From: Candidatus Omnitrophota bacterium
Lineage (GTDB): Bacteria > Omnitrophota > Gorgyraeia > Duberdicusellales > 4484-171
Direction of reading: 5' to 3'
DNA length: 64,000 bases
Assembly: GCA_016935525.1 (NCBI GenBank)
Contig: JAFGQU010000013.1
Location: forward strand, 90,523-154,522
The notes under the pieces are model-generated. The model made no database searches, had not been told where the DNA came from, and saw only the letters and a program-made list of their open reading frames with translations. Within the stretch, counting starts at the first letter, position 1, and each line of letters starts with the position of its first letter. A program made the translations under genes and the position numbers. Below are positions 25,017-35,579 of this stretch, in pieces.

Positions 25017-26026
25017 AGTTTACCATCGGATTTGAAAAAGAAGACATGAAAGTATTACACCGTTATTGGGATGAGATCGTCGAATCACAACGATGGAGTG
25101 AATGGAAATTTACTCAAAGTTTTGAAGAAAAATGGAACGCGTTGCATAATACAACATCCGTCGCTTTTTCCAGCTGGGGCGGCGCGGCCTTGGCGGCTCT
25201 TGAGTTTTTTAAGATAAAAGGGAAAACCGTTCTTTGTCCATCGAATACGTTTATGGCGACACCGCTGAGCGCGGTAAAAGCCGGAGCGCAGGTCGAATTT
25301 GTCGATTGCCGCCGCGATGATCTATGTGTTGATATTGAAGATCTGAAGAAAAAAATAGAAAAATATAAACCGGCAGCCGTATGGGTTGTCCATATCGGCG
25401 GGCATATCTCTTTTGCGATAGAAGAGATCGCCCGATTCTGTAAAACCAAAGGGATCATTCTTTTGGAAGATTGCGCTCATGCCCATGGCGCGTCTTGGAA
25501 CGGAAAAGCCGCTGGTACCTGGGGAGATGCGGGAATATACTCGTTTTACGCGACAAAGACGATTTCTACCGGTGAAGGAGGGATGTTGGTGACCAAACAT
25601 CAGGCGTTGGCCGATTACGCGAAAGCGTACCGTAATTACGGGAAATTTGATTATAAAGTAGAAGGGTTGAATTACCGGATGAGCGAGTTTACCGCGGCTA
25701 TGGGGTGCGTACAGTCCGATAGATTGAACGATATTGTCAGTTGGAAAAACGAATATGCCGCTAAATATCTCGATCCGCAGTATCCCAACCGTATAAAATT
25801 TCCCGAAGGGATGGTGTCGGGATATTATAAATATATCGTGTTTGAGGAAATAGAGAAATCGACCGGGAAAGTATATGACCAACCCTGCCATAAGATCATG
25901 GGTAAAGATTACGAATTACCCAATACCGAATGGGTAGCTCAACATCATTGGTGTGTTCCTTTATATTATAAAGGAGCGGATTTAGAGCTTGCCGGATCAG
26001 TAGAAGAAAGGAGCGTGCAATCATGA
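25013..26026 (+). CDS. DegT/DnrJ/EryC1/StrS sugar aminotransferase
   Basis: EDCAHAHGA, SFYATKTISTGEGGM, GLNYRMSE. Confidence 0.92.
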   Translation: MKFTIGFEKEDMKVLHRYWDEIVESQRWSEWKFTQSFEEKWNALHNTTSVAFSSWGGAALAALEFFKIKGKTVLCPSNTFMATPLSAVKAGAQVEFVDCRRDDLCVDIEDLKKKIEKYKPAAVWVVHIGGHISFAIEEIARFCKTKGIILLEDCAHAHGASWNGKAAGTWGDAGIYSFYATKTISTGEGGMLVTKHQALADYAKAYRNYGKFDYKVEGLNYRMSEFTAAMGCVQSDRLNDIVSWKNEYAAKYLDPQYPNRIKFPEGMVSGYYKYIVFEEIEKSTGKVYDQPCHKIMGKDYELPNTEWVAQHHWCVPLYYKGADLELAGSVEERSVQS

Positions 26027-26979
26027 AAGTATTAGTCACCGGAGGGTCAGGATTTATCGGGTCACATGTAGTTGATAAACTCCGTGATAAAGGGGTCGAA
26101 GTGAGAATATTCGATATGGTATTCCCCGCGTTTCGCAGTGATATCGAATATTATCAGGGCAGTTTGTTGGATTTTGAGACGGTACGGATGTCGATGAACG
26201 GTATTGACGCGGTATTACATCTGGGCGCGGTGGCTGACGTGAACTTTGTGTTTGCCGAACCGCATTATTCCGAATCGATCAATGTGCGCGGGACGATCAA
26301 TGTGTTAGAAGCCGCGCGCCGGGCGAAAGTGAAAAGAATCGTCTACGGCAGTACTACCTGGGTATACAGTGAAGCCGAAGGGACTCATGTGAACGAGAAT
26401 ACTCCGTTACATGCTCCCTCGCATCTTTATACCGCGACCAAGATGGCCGGAGAATTTTACTGTAAGACGTATAGTAAATTGTACGATCTTGAAGTAACGA
26501 TCCTTCGTTACGGTATCCCTTACGGCCCGCGGGCGCGCGATGCGGCGGTGATCCCTATTTTTGTCCGGAAAGCGTTAAGCGGTGAGGCGCTCACGATTGC
26601 CGGAGACGGTTCACAGTTCCGTAAATTCGTATATGTTGAAGATTTAGCTGAAGGGAATGCCCTTGGGCTTAAATCTATCGCGAAAAATAAAACCTATAAT
26701 CTCGACGGCCAGGAAAAAGTCACGATCAAACAGATCGCCGAAACGATTAAGAAGATCATCGGTAACGTGAAGATCGAATATGTCCCGGCCCGGCCGGGTG
26801 ATTTTTCCGGAAAAGAAGTCTCAAGTATTATGGCGAAAGAAGAATTGAACTGGGAACCGAAAGTGCCTTTTGAAGAAGGAGTACGCCGCTATATCGATTG
26901 GTATAAACAACGGGAAGAATACCGTAAACGTGCCTGGGATAATCTGGATGATACTTTAAAAGAAGGCGCGTTACGATGA
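26023..26979 (+). CDS. NAD-dependent nucleotide-sugar epimerase/dehydratase
   Basis: VTGGSGFIGSH, YTATK (YxxxK), LRYGIPYGP, GDGSQFRKFVYVEDLA. Confidence 0.92.
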   Translation: MKVLVTGGSGFIGSHVVDKLRDKGVEVRIFDMVFPAFRSDIEYYQGSLLDFETVRMSMNGIDAVLHLGAVADVNFVFAEPHYSESINVRGTINVLEAARRAKVKRIVYGSTTWVYSEAEGTHVNENTPLHAPSHLYTATKMAGEFYCKTYSKLYDLEVTILRYGIPYGPRARDAAVIPIFVRKALSGEALTIAGDGSQFRKFVYVEDLAEGNALGLKSIAKNKTYNLDGQEKVTIKQIAETIKKIIGNVKIEYVPARPGDFSGKEVSSIMAKEELNWEPKVPFEEGVRRYIDWYKQREEYRKRAWDNLDDTLKEGALR

Positions 26980-27644
26980 AAAAGGTATTGGTAGTTGCTC
27001 CCCATATGGATGACGAAGTCTTAGGTATGGGGGCGACTATCGCCAAACATGTCGCTGCCGGAGATGAAGTGCATGTGTGTATTATTGCGCACCGGGTATA
27101 TGACCATAAGTATGATGAGGAGACCAACCGTGAAGAACTGGAATCGACGAAAAAAGCAAAAGATATTTTAGGTTATCAACATTTGGAATTTTTGAATCTT
27201 CCTGATGAACGTCTGGACGGATGTGTGCAGGATATCCTCATTCCGCTTGAGAAGTATTACAATGAATTGAATCCGGATATTTTGTACGTTAATTTTTATG
27301 GCGATAACAATCAGGACCATCGGGCGGTGTTTTCCGCGGTACGGATACTTATCCGTTCGGCAAACACCTATAAAGTCCCGCGGGTGCTTATGTATGAAGT
27401 CCCTTCTTCGACTGACCAATCACCGCCGATACCGGATGCGATCTTTGTCCCGAACTTTTATGTCGATGTATCGGGGGTATGGCAGAAAAAGATCGAAGCG
27501 TTCCATTGTTACCAGAGGGAAAGGCGCGTGTCGCCTCATCCGCGCAGTGATAAGGCTCTCGATGCGCTTGTCATACGCCGCGGCGTCGAAGGCGGTTTTG
27601 AACGGGCCGAAGGGTTTATGTTATTAAGGGATGAATGGAAATGA
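26976..27644 (+). CDS. PIG-L family de-N-acetylase
   Basis: VAPHMDDEVLGMG, DNNQDH, PNFYVD, HPRS, AEGF. Confidence 0.9.
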   Translation: MKKVLVVAPHMDDEVLGMGATIAKHVAAGDEVHVCIIAHRVYDHKYDEETNREELESTKKAKDILGYQHLEFLNLPDERLDGCVQDILIPLEKYYNELNPDILYVNFYGDNNQDHRAVFSAVRILIRSANTYKVPRVLMYEVPSSTDQSPPIPDAIFVPNFYVDVSGVWQKKIEAFHCYQRERRVSPHPRSDKALDALVIRRGVEGGFERAEGFMLLRDEWK

Positions 27645-28345
27645 TCAAAGTGCTTGGCTGTATTCAGGCAAGGATGGGGTCGCGGCGGCTACCGGGGAAA
27701 GTATTAAAAAAGATATCCGGAAAATCGTTGATTGTCCATATCATCGAACGATTGCGGGCCTGTAAGACGATAGACCGTATAGTGCTTGCGACATCGAAAA
27801 AAGAAGAGGATGACCTGTTAGAAAAGGTGGCTTGTAAAAATGGCATCGAATGTGTTCGCGGGTCCGAACAGAATGTACTCAAACGTTTTTATGATGTCGT
27901 TTGTCTGTACTGGCCGCATCATATCGTACGGATATGTGCCGATAGTCCCTTGATCGATCCCCTAGAGATCGACCGCATTGTACGCCACCATATACGTAGA
28001 GATGCCGATTATTCGTTTAATCATATTCCCGAGATGAATAACAGTTATCCGGACGGAGTAGGGGCCGAGATCTTTAAAAGTAATGTGATCGCGAATATTA
28101 TCAGACAAAAGACAACAAAAGCCGAACAGGAGCATATCAATGAGTATATCTGGAACCATTTGGACCGGTTCCGTATCGAGACGATAGCTGCTCCCAAAAG
28201 TATCGCTTATCCCGAATATCGTTTTGAAGTCAATACCGAGGATGATTTAAAATTTATACGTAAGATCTATAACCACCTTTATGAAGGGAAAGCCTTTAAT
28301 ACCCGATCGGTAATAGAATATTTAAAGTCACAATCGGTCCAATAA
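27641..28345 (+). CDS. SpsF-like acylneuraminate cytidylyltransferase family protein
   Basis: IQARMGSRRLPGKVL, RGSEQNVLKRF, RICADSPLID, EQEH; alternative ATG at 27635. Confidence 0.88.
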   Translation: MIKVLGCIQARMGSRRLPGKVLKKISGKSLIVHIIERLRACKTIDRIVLATSKKEEDDLLEKVACKNGIECVRGSEQNVLKRFYDVVCLYWPHHIVRICADSPLIDPLEIDRIVRHHIRRDADYSFNHIPEMNNSYPDGVGAEIFKSNVIANIIRQKTTKAEQEHINEYIWNHLDRFRIETIAAPKSIAYPEYRFEVNTEDDLKFIRKIYNHLYEGKAFNTRSVIEYLKSQSVQ

Positions 28346-28350
28346 AACGT

Positions 28351-29046
28351 ATGGAAAAGAAGGTCGTCGCTATCCAGCAACCCGAACATCTTCCCTGGCT
28401 GGGATTCTTTGACAAGATGAAACGTTGTCATGAATATATTTACTTGGATAACGTCCAGTTTAAAAAACGGTATTTTGAGAACCGTAACCGTATTTTGACC
28501 GAACAGGATATCCAATGGGTCACGGTTCCGGTAAAGACAAAAGGAAAATATCACCAGTATATTAACGAAGTGCTTATTGATGATGAAAAGCCCTGGCGCA
28601 GAAAATATCTGGGTATTATTCAACGGGCATATGCGAAAAGTCCGGAATTTGAGCGGTATTACGGTGAGCTTACCGATATCATTTCCCGTCCGGTCACGCG
28701 CCTGGTCGATTTGAATATTATGCTTATCGACTGGATAAGGACACATTTAGAGATTACGACACCGGTACGATGCGCTTCCGATATACGGGGATATCACGAT
28801 AAAGGGAGCGATTTGATCCTGGCGATTTGTAAAGATACAAAAGCCGATGTGTATATATCCGGTCCCGACGGCAGGAATTATCTCGATTTCGATGCATTTG
28901 CCGAGGAAAGAATCGAAGTCGTTTTCCATGAGTATCACCATCCGGTCTATCGACAAATGTCTGAACCGTTTCAAAGCCATATGTCAATCATTGATATATT
29001 GTTTTGCGGACAAAAAGATCAAATAGCCCAGAAAGTTTTTATTTAA
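28351..29046 (+). CDS. WbqC family protein (putative glycyltransferase)
   Basis: AIQQPEHLPWLGFFDK, LDNVQF...FENRNRI, YISGPDGRNYL, MSIIDILF. Confidence 0.88.
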   Translation: MEKKVVAIQQPEHLPWLGFFDKMKRCHEYIYLDNVQFKKRYFENRNRILTEQDIQWVTVPVKTKGKYHQYINEVLIDDEKPWRRKYLGIIQRAYAKSPEFERYYGELTDIISRPVTRLVDLNIMLIDWIRTHLEITTPVRCASDIRGYHDKGSDLILAICKDTKADVYISGPDGRNYLDFDAFAEERIEVVFHEYHHPVYRQMSEPFQSHMSIIDILFCGQKDQIAQKVFI

Positions 29047-29055
29047 AAAAGAAAA

Positions 29056-29850
29056 ATGATTTCTCAAAAGACGATTGAATATGGATTGCGCAAGGCAGGG
29101 TTGAAAAAAGGGGATACTGTTTTGGTCCACAGTTCATTGCGTAGCCTCGGGCCATTAGAAGGTGTCGATCCCGATGACCGTAATGGGTTTGTAAGCACGG
29201 TGTTTGCCGCGTTCTCCCGGATTTTAGGGTTACCTCGGCAGGGGACTTTAGTTGTGCCGACATTTACTCACGAGTACGCCCGTAATAATATCCCGTTTAT
29301 GTATGAAAAGAGCCCTTCGGAAGTGGGTTTATTCACCGAATACGTTCGTAAACAGAAAGGGGCGTACCGGTCGATGCATCCAATAAATTCGTTTTGTGCG
29401 ATCGGAAAGAAAAAACACGATATCTGTAAAGACGTGAGCATTTCCTGTTACGGATATAATTCTGTTTTTGATCGTCTTTATCAATTAGATGCAAAAATGA
29501 TGTTTTTCGGTTGCGGTATGTATCATATGACGTTGAAACATCATCTGGAGCAGATGGTGGCTTTACCTTATGTCTACACGAAAGCATATTTCACTCCGGT
29601 ATATAAGAATAACAAACCGGTAAAACTACCTTTTCTTGCGGTAGTACGGTATTTGAACGGGAGAGTCAACAACAACGATTGCCGGCAGTTTGAGCGTCAT
29701 CTAAAAAAGAAGAGAATGCTTACGAGTGTAGAAATCAGTAAAACGAAAATACTTCTTATGCGTATCCGTGACGCGTATGATCAAGGATATGAACTATTGC
29801 AGAAGAATCCCTGTTATTTTTTAAAAAAACCTTACTACACGACAAAATGA
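29056..29850 (+). CDS. AAC(3)/YokD family N-acyltransferase
   Basis: GLKKGDTVLVHSSL, GTLVVPTFT, RSMHPINSF, TLKHHLE. Confidence 0.88.
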   Translation: MISQKTIEYGLRKAGLKKGDTVLVHSSLRSLGPLEGVDPDDRNGFVSTVFAAFSRILGLPRQGTLVVPTFTHEYARNNIPFMYEKSPSEVGLFTEYVRKQKGAYRSMHPINSFCAIGKKKHDICKDVSISCYGYNSVFDRLYQLDAKMMFFGCGMYHMTLKHHLEQMVALPYVYTKAYFTPVYKNNKPVKLPFLAVVRYLNGRVNNNDCRQFERHLKKKRMLTSVEISKTKILLMRIRDAYDQGYELLQKNPCYFLKKPYYTTK

Positions 29851-30932
29851 AAAGCATTTTCATAACTGGGATGTTTCGTTCCGGGACGACACTATTAGCC
29901 AGAATGTTGGACGTGCATCCGGATGTCTCTGCCGTGTATCAGGTGATCACACCTTTTTTTCGGATGTGGCGGAATATTTTCCTTGGTGAATATGATTGTG
30001 AGAGGCTACTCCAGCTGCCGATGGGGAGTAATGTGTTATTCGATTTGGGATTATATGAAAAGTTCATCCAAGAAGCCTGGCGCGTTCGATTCGACGAAAA
30101 ACACATCTTACAGTTAAAAGAAGATCTATCGTGTGAATTGTATCGTGATGCTCATGAGAAACCGCTTTTAAAAAAAGGATTATTCGCTACGCTCACTCCC
30201 GGTGGTACGGTAGAAGATGTATTGATACAGCTTATCCGCTGTGTATATCCCGATATCGATGCACAAAAATATGTTGGGTTTAAAGAGATATGGTGTGAAG
30301 AGTTTATCCCGGTTTTACTTAAACTGTCTGAAGTCAAGTTTAATGCCATACAGATAATCCGTGATCCGAGAGGTGTATTTGCGTCACGCAATACCGGTAA
30401 TTATCTTAAAGAATGCGGCGGTAAACGGTATCCCTTATTGTTTATCGCCGAGACGTGGAATAGAAGTGCCGATATATTATTTCGTTGTAAGGATTTGGAC
30501 GGTTTCTTTCCAGTCCGTTACGAAGATATTGTTTCTTTTCCCAAAGAAACAATACAAAAGATCTGTGCATTTCTCGACATAGATTTTTATGATGATATGG
30601 CCAACCCGGAGAATTTTACCGATAGTAAGGGTAAACAGTGGAGGCCCAATACTACAGGAGACGATACTCGGCCCCGGTTTTTAAACAGTCAGACGAACTA
30701 TTGGAAAACCGCTTTAAATGATGAGGAAATCGGCAGTATCGAGTTTTTATGCGGCGAATCTATGGATACCCTGGGATACCAAAGAAAATTTACCCGTGAA
30801 CAGGCCCATCAATTATTCCTTCGATATCAAGAAGAAACTGATGAGATACATCCCTGGCTTGTCCCTTTGGGGTATGTATGTACAGCGGCCCGTAAAGAAA
30901 AAGAACTGGCAAAATTGGAACGTATTTCATGA
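29847..30932 (+). CDS. Sulfotransferase
   Basis: FITGMFRSGTTLL (PAPS loop), IIRDPRGVFAS, VRYEDIV. Confidence 0.9.
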   Translation: MKSIFITGMFRSGTTLLARMLDVHPDVSAVYQVITPFFRMWRNIFLGEYDCERLLQLPMGSNVLFDLGLYEKFIQEAWRVRFDEKHILQLKEDLSCELYRDAHEKPLLKKGLFATLTPGGTVEDVLIQLIRCVYPDIDAQKYVGFKEIWCEEFIPVLLKLSEVKFNAIQIIRDPRGVFASRNTGNYLKECGGKRYPLLFIAETWNRSADILFRCKDLDGFFPVRYEDIVSFPKETIQKICAFLDIDFYDDMANPENFTDSKGKQWRPNTTGDDTRPRFLNSQTNYWKTALNDEEIGSIEFLCGESMDTLGYQRKFTREQAHQLFLRYQEETDEIHPWLVPLGYVCTAARKEKELAKLERIS

Positions 30933-31918
30933 AAGTAAATGTCGATCAATTCGCGTTAGATACCCGGATGAGAGGATTTTGGTGGCAATGGAAAAGAAGG
31001 TATCCGTTTTCGTTTATGCGTAATCGTATCGAATGGTACGCGTATCCTCAGTTTAAAGTCGTTCCGCGGTTCCCTTTACATGTGGATTTTGAGATCTCAT
31101 CTCTTTGTAATCTTCAGTGCCCGATGTGTTATCGTCCGCATCGTACCGATAGTAATGACGGGTTCATGGATTTAAATGCCTATAAACAGGGGGTCGACGA
31201 GTGCGCTAAATTCGATTTGTATTCGATCCGGTTAAGCTGGCGGGGAGAACCGACCATGCATTCGGATCTGGTCGAGATGGTCCGGTACGCCAAAGAAAAA
31301 GGGATAAAAGAAGTCTCGTTTATCACGAACGGTTTTAAACTGGATGAAAAACTCTCCCATGATCTCGTAACTGCCGGGATCGACTATTTTTCCGTATCGA
31401 TCGATGGAGTAGGCGAAAAATATAACGAGATCAGGTATCCGTCCCGGTTCGATGAGATGGTTAAACGTCTAAAGAATATGCGTGAGTTACGGGATACGAT
31501 CGGGGGGGGATATCCGCGGATACGGATCAACTCTATATGGAGCGCGATCAAAGACACTAAACAGGATTATTATAATACGTTTTCTCCGATCGTCGATTTT
31601 ATCACTGTTAATCCCGATTATGACCATTCGTTAAAAGATACCGGGATCGATCCCGACCATGTTTGTCAATATCTTTACCAGCGGTTGACCGTTATGTGGG
31701 ACGGTACGGTGCCGTTATGTATCTGTGATAAATCAAAAGAGGTAGTGTTAGGAAAGCTGGGTATCGATTCGTTATACGATATTTGGCATAGCTCGTTACT
31801 TAATAAGATGAGAGATCTGCAGAAACAGGGGCGGATAAGAGAGATAGTTCCCTGCACTAAATGTCAACGGTCGCTTACCGCGCAGATCGGAAACCAGAGG
31901 GACGTGAAGAAAAAATGA
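30929..31918 (+). CDS. Radical SAM protein with SPASM/twitch domain
   Basis: CNLQCPMC, RGEPTMH; C-terminal CQYLY..WDGTVPLCICD...CTKC. Confidence 0.9.
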   Translation: MKVNVDQFALDTRMRGFWWQWKRRYPFSFMRNRIEWYAYPQFKVVPRFPLHVDFEISSLCNLQCPMCYRPHRTDSNDGFMDLNAYKQGVDECAKFDLYSIRLSWRGEPTMHSDLVEMVRYAKEKGIKEVSFITNGFKLDEKLSHDLVTAGIDYFSVSIDGVGEKYNEIRYPSRFDEMVKRLKNMRELRDTIGGGYPRIRINSIWSAIKDTKQDYYNTFSPIVDFITVNPDYDHSLKDTGIDPDHVCQYLYQRLTVMWDGTVPLCICDKSKEVVLGKLGIDSLYDIWHSSLLNKMRDLQKQGRIREIVPCTKCQRSLTAQIGNQRDVKKK

Positions 31919-32787
31919 AAACGATAATTATTGCTGAAATCGGTGAATGTTTTAACGGTGATATGGACCAGGCGAGAAAACTGATCGTGACCGCGAAAGC
32001 CGCCGGATGTGATTATGCCAAGTTTCAAACTTTGGATCGAGAAGGGATAGCCGAAGACGATCCGGAACGGGAATGGTTTTTGAAGGTAGCCCTTCAAAAA
32101 GAACAGTTAACACAACTGCAGAGTTGGTGCAGGGACGCGGGTATCGGGTTTCTCTGTACTCCGGAAAATAAGAAAAAAGCCGAAGAATTAAAAGAGCTGG
32201 GATGCCGGGAAGTAAAAATCGCCAGTACCTGTGCGTGGGATGATGAGTTGGTCTCTTATATATCGGAACATTTTTCCATCATTTTTGTATCGACCGGTTT
32301 ATCGACATTAGAAGAAGTCGATAAAGTCGTATCCCGTCTTAAAAAGCAGGAAAAAATATACCTTATGCATTGCGTATCGGAATATCCGACCGGCCCGTTA
32401 CTTACCCAACGGGGACTGCAGGCGTTATCTCATGAAAACGTGAATTTGCGGATGATGGATATCCTGAAAGAACGGTATCCCCATTGTGTAGTAGGGTATT
32501 CCGATCATACGGTGGATATAATAGTGCCGGTTGTCGCGGTTGCCCGGGGAGCGGGAGTGATCGAGAAACATATCACCCTGGATCGGAAAGGCCCGGTGAA
32601 TCTCTTCCTTTCCAAGCGCGGCTATAGCGGTACCGACCATGTGTTATCACTCGAGCCGGATGAGTTGAAAGAGATGGTCCGTCAGATAAGAGAAACCGAA
32701 AAAATATTAGGCGAAGCGGTCTGGCAGCGCAGTCCGGGAGAGAAGATCTTGATGGATTTTTTAAAAGGGCGGTTTTCTAATCCATGA
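31915..32787 (+). CDS. NeuB-family nonulosonic acid synthase (no C-terminal SAF domain)
   Basis: IIAEIG, AKFQT, KIAS, MHCVSEYP, GYSDHT, IEKHITLD, DHVLSLEP. Confidence 0.88.
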   Translation: MKTIIIAEIGECFNGDMDQARKLIVTAKAAGCDYAKFQTLDREGIAEDDPEREWFLKVALQKEQLTQLQSWCRDAGIGFLCTPENKKKAEELKELGCREVKIASTCAWDDELVSYISEHFSIIFVSTGLSTLEEVDKVVSRLKKQEKIYLMHCVSEYPTGPLLTQRGLQALSHENVNLRMMDILKERYPHCVVGYSDHTVDIIVPVVAVARGAGVIEKHITLDRKGPVNLFLSKRGYSGTDHVLSLEPDELKEMVRQIRETEKILGEAVWQRSPGEKILMDFLKGRFSNP

Positions 32788-33782
32788 AATATGTTTTTTT
32801 AACTCAAGGATCGCAGGCAGTCGGATACGGCCATGTATATGAGGCCCTCGCGATTGCCGAGACGTTATCTTCACCGGCTGATTTTATCTTGTTTGACTCT
32901 TCGGATATCGCCGAAACGATTGTGCGTCAAAAAGGGTATAACCGGATAAAAAGGCTAACTATGGATACGCTGGATACATGTGATATTTCCCGGGAGACGT
33001 GCGTGGTCTTAGACACCCGGTTGAACGATATCGTTCTCCAGAAGAAGATCCGCACACATGCCGGGAGACTCATCATGATCGATGAGTTAGGCGATAAAAA
33101 AGTCGATTGTGATGTCCTTATTAATTTCAGTATCTGTAAAGAATGGGTTTCTTCTTATCGTTACGAAAAAGAACCTCACTGTTTTTTCGGAGCACAATAC
33201 TATCCGTTACGCGAAGAATTTCTCTCTTTACCTAAAAAGGATAAGGGGCATCCGGTAAAAAGAGTGCTGATCAGCATGGGGGGAGCGGACCGGACACGGG
33301 CCACGTTAAAGATCGCCGAAAGTTGCGCATCGATAGAAGGCTGCGAATTTACTTATATCGTCGGCGGGGGATTTGAGTTTGGGTTAGACGAAATAAAAAC
33401 ATGTACCGGAAATAGAAAAAAACATCACATCATTAAAGATTCGTCCGATTTTGCCGGAATCTTAAATAGTCACGATATGATCATCACTGCCGGCGGAAAT
33501 ACGCTGTTCGAAGCCGCGTTTTGCGGGGTGCCGTCGCTGGTGGTATGGGAAGATGAACATGAACGGGTTCAGGGAGAAGCCTTTGAGCAATATGGAGTTG
33601 CTCGAGTGATAGGAAACGCCGGGGGATTTTCCGCTGAACAATTGCGAAATACGATAGAAAAAGTCCTGTCCAATCCTGCAGTACTGAAAAAAATGTCCGA
33701 TACCGGAAAGAAGCTGGTTGATGGAAACGGGTGTGAACGTATCACTCATATTTTAAGGGGAGTAAAAAATGTCAGTGTTTAA
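32784..33782 (+). CDS. PseG/SpsG-like nucleotide-sugar hydrolase (GT28-fold)
   Basis: VGYGHVYE, YYPLREEF, LISMGGAD, ITAGGNTLFEAA..GVP, VDGNG. Confidence 0.85.
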   Translation: MKYVFLTQGSQAVGYGHVYEALAIAETLSSPADFILFDSSDIAETIVRQKGYNRIKRLTMDTLDTCDISRETCVVLDTRLNDIVLQKKIRTHAGRLIMIDELGDKKVDCDVLINFSICKEWVSSYRYEKEPHCFFGAQYYPLREEFLSLPKKDKGHPVKRVLISMGGADRTRATLKIAESCASIEGCEFTYIVGGGFEFGLDEIKTCTGNRKKHHIIKDSSDFAGILNSHDMIITAGGNTLFEAAFCGVPSLVVWEDEHERVQGEAFEQYGVARVIGNAGGFSAEQLRNTIEKVLSNPAVLKKMSDTGKKLVDGNGCERITHILRGVKNVSV

Positions 33783-34731
33783 TAAATATATGCAGACTTC
33801 TCAAGGGAAGCTGTTTGCCGATAAATATTGTAATGTTACCCCGGGAGAAAATGTCAGTTGCATACTCTGTGGTAGTCCTCAGGCGAAAGAGTGGTATCGT
33901 ATGGGTGATTTTATCAGTAAGATATGCCGGCGATGCGGATGCCGTTATGTTTCACCCCGGTTCAATGACGCTCAATTGGATGCTCATTACTCCGAAGATC
34001 TGTTTACCAAAAGTAAGGATTATGAAGGTGTTCGGCACAATATGCTTGATGAAAACGAACGTGCCCGTAAACGAAGCGATATGAAAGAAGAAATCCGGAC
34101 GACGATAGAACGCTGTCCTGACGGAGGGAAGGTCCTTGATATCGGTTGTCAGACCGGAATATACCTTCAAGCTCTTCCCGCATCTATAGAGAAATACGGG
34201 ATTGAACGAAGCCGCTGGGCCGCCGAACATACCCGCAAGATAACCGGTGCCGGGATACGGACCGGTAAGGTAGAAGACGGATATTTCGAACAGGGTTTTT
34301 TTGATGTGATCAATATGTCTTATGTCGTCGAGCATCTGCAGCATCCGCCGGTAATTATCAAGAAGATCGTCAGTTGGTTAAAACCGCAAGGAACGTTGAT
34401 CATATCGGTCCCTAATTTTGACAGTTTTTGCGCGAAGGTTTTCCGGGAGTTTTACCGGTTGGTCGAACCGCGTCAACATCTGTTTCTTACGACACCCGCT
34501 TCTCTACGGTATTTATTGGATCAAATGGGAGTGAAAATAGAGAAGATATATTATCCCTATTTCGGCACTTCCTATTGCCGTTTTTCAGAACAGTTCAGAC
34601 TTTTAACGAATATGATACGACGGATATGTCTGCCGGTTTTACTGAAAATAAACAAAGTTCCCGAAATACCGCGATTGATATCTCCGGCATTTTACGGGAA
34701 CATTATGACGGTAATCGCCAGGAAACGATGA
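33769..34731 (+). CDS. Class I SAM methyltransferase with N-terminal Zn-ribbon
   Basis: CILCGS..CRRCG, VLDIGCQTG, VVEHL, ISVPN. Confidence 0.88.
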   Translation: MSVFNKYMQTSQGKLFADKYCNVTPGENVSCILCGSPQAKEWYRMGDFISKICRRCGCRYVSPRFNDAQLDAHYSEDLFTKSKDYEGVRHNMLDENERARKRSDMKEEIRTTIERCPDGGKVLDIGCQTGIYLQALPASIEKYGIERSRWAAEHTRKITGAGIRTGKVEDGYFEQGFFDVINMSYVVEHLQHPPVIIKKIVSWLKPQGTLIISVPNFDSFCAKVFREFYRLVEPRQHLFLTTPASLRYLLDQMGVKIEKIYYPYFGTSYCRFSEQFRLLTNMIRRICLPVLLKINKVPEIPRLISPAFYGNIMTVIARKR

Positions 34732-35579
34732 TGCAACTGGCTGCGACACAAGAAGATATGATCTATCAAGCCTATGTGCGTAAAAATGCGCCTATAGCCG
34801 GTACCGGGTATTTTATTTCTAAAGAAGCTCTCTTAAAACATGACACGTATGTCGTGCTTTATCATGCCGGAGAGCCGGTGCTCTTTTTCAGCAAATCTAC
34901 TATGCGCGATAAAGAAAAAACAATGCTTTCGAATTTCCTTATCTTAGCCGATGTATCTATTATAAAAACCCGTTCTTTATTAGAAGAATATATCAAGTCT
35001 CAGTCCGGACACTCATTTATCTGTGTGGTTGAAGAGTATCTTAAAGACGAATATGCGATGATAAATGACGGCCAATATGAAGTCGATCATATCGCGATCC
35101 GGATGTGGAATAAAGATGTGAGCCGATTCGCCTGTCCTGATCCTGAAAATATAACCATAGAACCGTTTCGGGTAGGGCATGATGAACAGCGGTTTGTGGA
35201 TATTTTTAATGAAACGTTTGTCGGATTATGTACACCGACGAATAAAGAAGAGGTGATCCGCTGGACTAAAGCTCCCGGCTTCTACCCGGACCTGTATCTC
35301 TTCGCGGTTAAAAACAAAAAAACTATCGGATTTATTGCCGTGGAAATCGATATCGATTCAGGGATAAGTTATCTGCAGGAGATCGGAGTCGGGAGAGAAG
35401 AACGTAACACTTCAGCCGCTGGGTTTTTAATCTGTACTGCTTACCGGTCAGTACGGGATAAAGGGGTTAAGTGTATGGGGGTCGGAGTACTCAAGCGTAA
35501 TGTGGGCGCGTATAAGTTTTTTTCTAAATGGGGATTTGAAGAGTTATATCGACGAATATTTTTGAGGAGGATCGTATGA
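34728..35579 (+). CDS. GNAT family N-acetyltransferase
   Basis: C-terminal YLQEIGV...A, VGVLKRNVGAYKFFSKWGF; ATG overlaps the upstream TGA. Confidence 0.75.
   Translation: MMQLAATQEDMIYQAYVRKNAPIAGTGYFISKEALLKHDTYVVLYHAGEPVLFFSKSTMRDKEKTMLSNFLILADVSIIKTRSLLEEYIKSQSGHSFICVVEEYLKDEYAMINDGQYEVDHIAIRMWNKDVSRFACPDPENITIEPFRVGHDEQRFVDIFNETFVGLCTPTNKEEVIRWTKAPGFYPDLYLFAVKNKKTIGFIAVEIDIDSGISYLQEIGVGREERNTSAAGFLICTAYRSVRDKGVKCMGVGVLKRNVGAYKFFSKWGFEELYRRIFLRRIV

Noticed and set aside
29056-29850. Aminoglycoside resistance gene
   Set aside because: AAC(3)/YokD fold but embedded in a nucleotide-sugar operon; a biosynthetic acyltransferase role is more plausible
31502-31509. G8 tract (and G7 near 52454) as phase-variation switches
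   Set aside because: Short, in frame (Gly-Gly codons) and no evidence of variation from a single sequence
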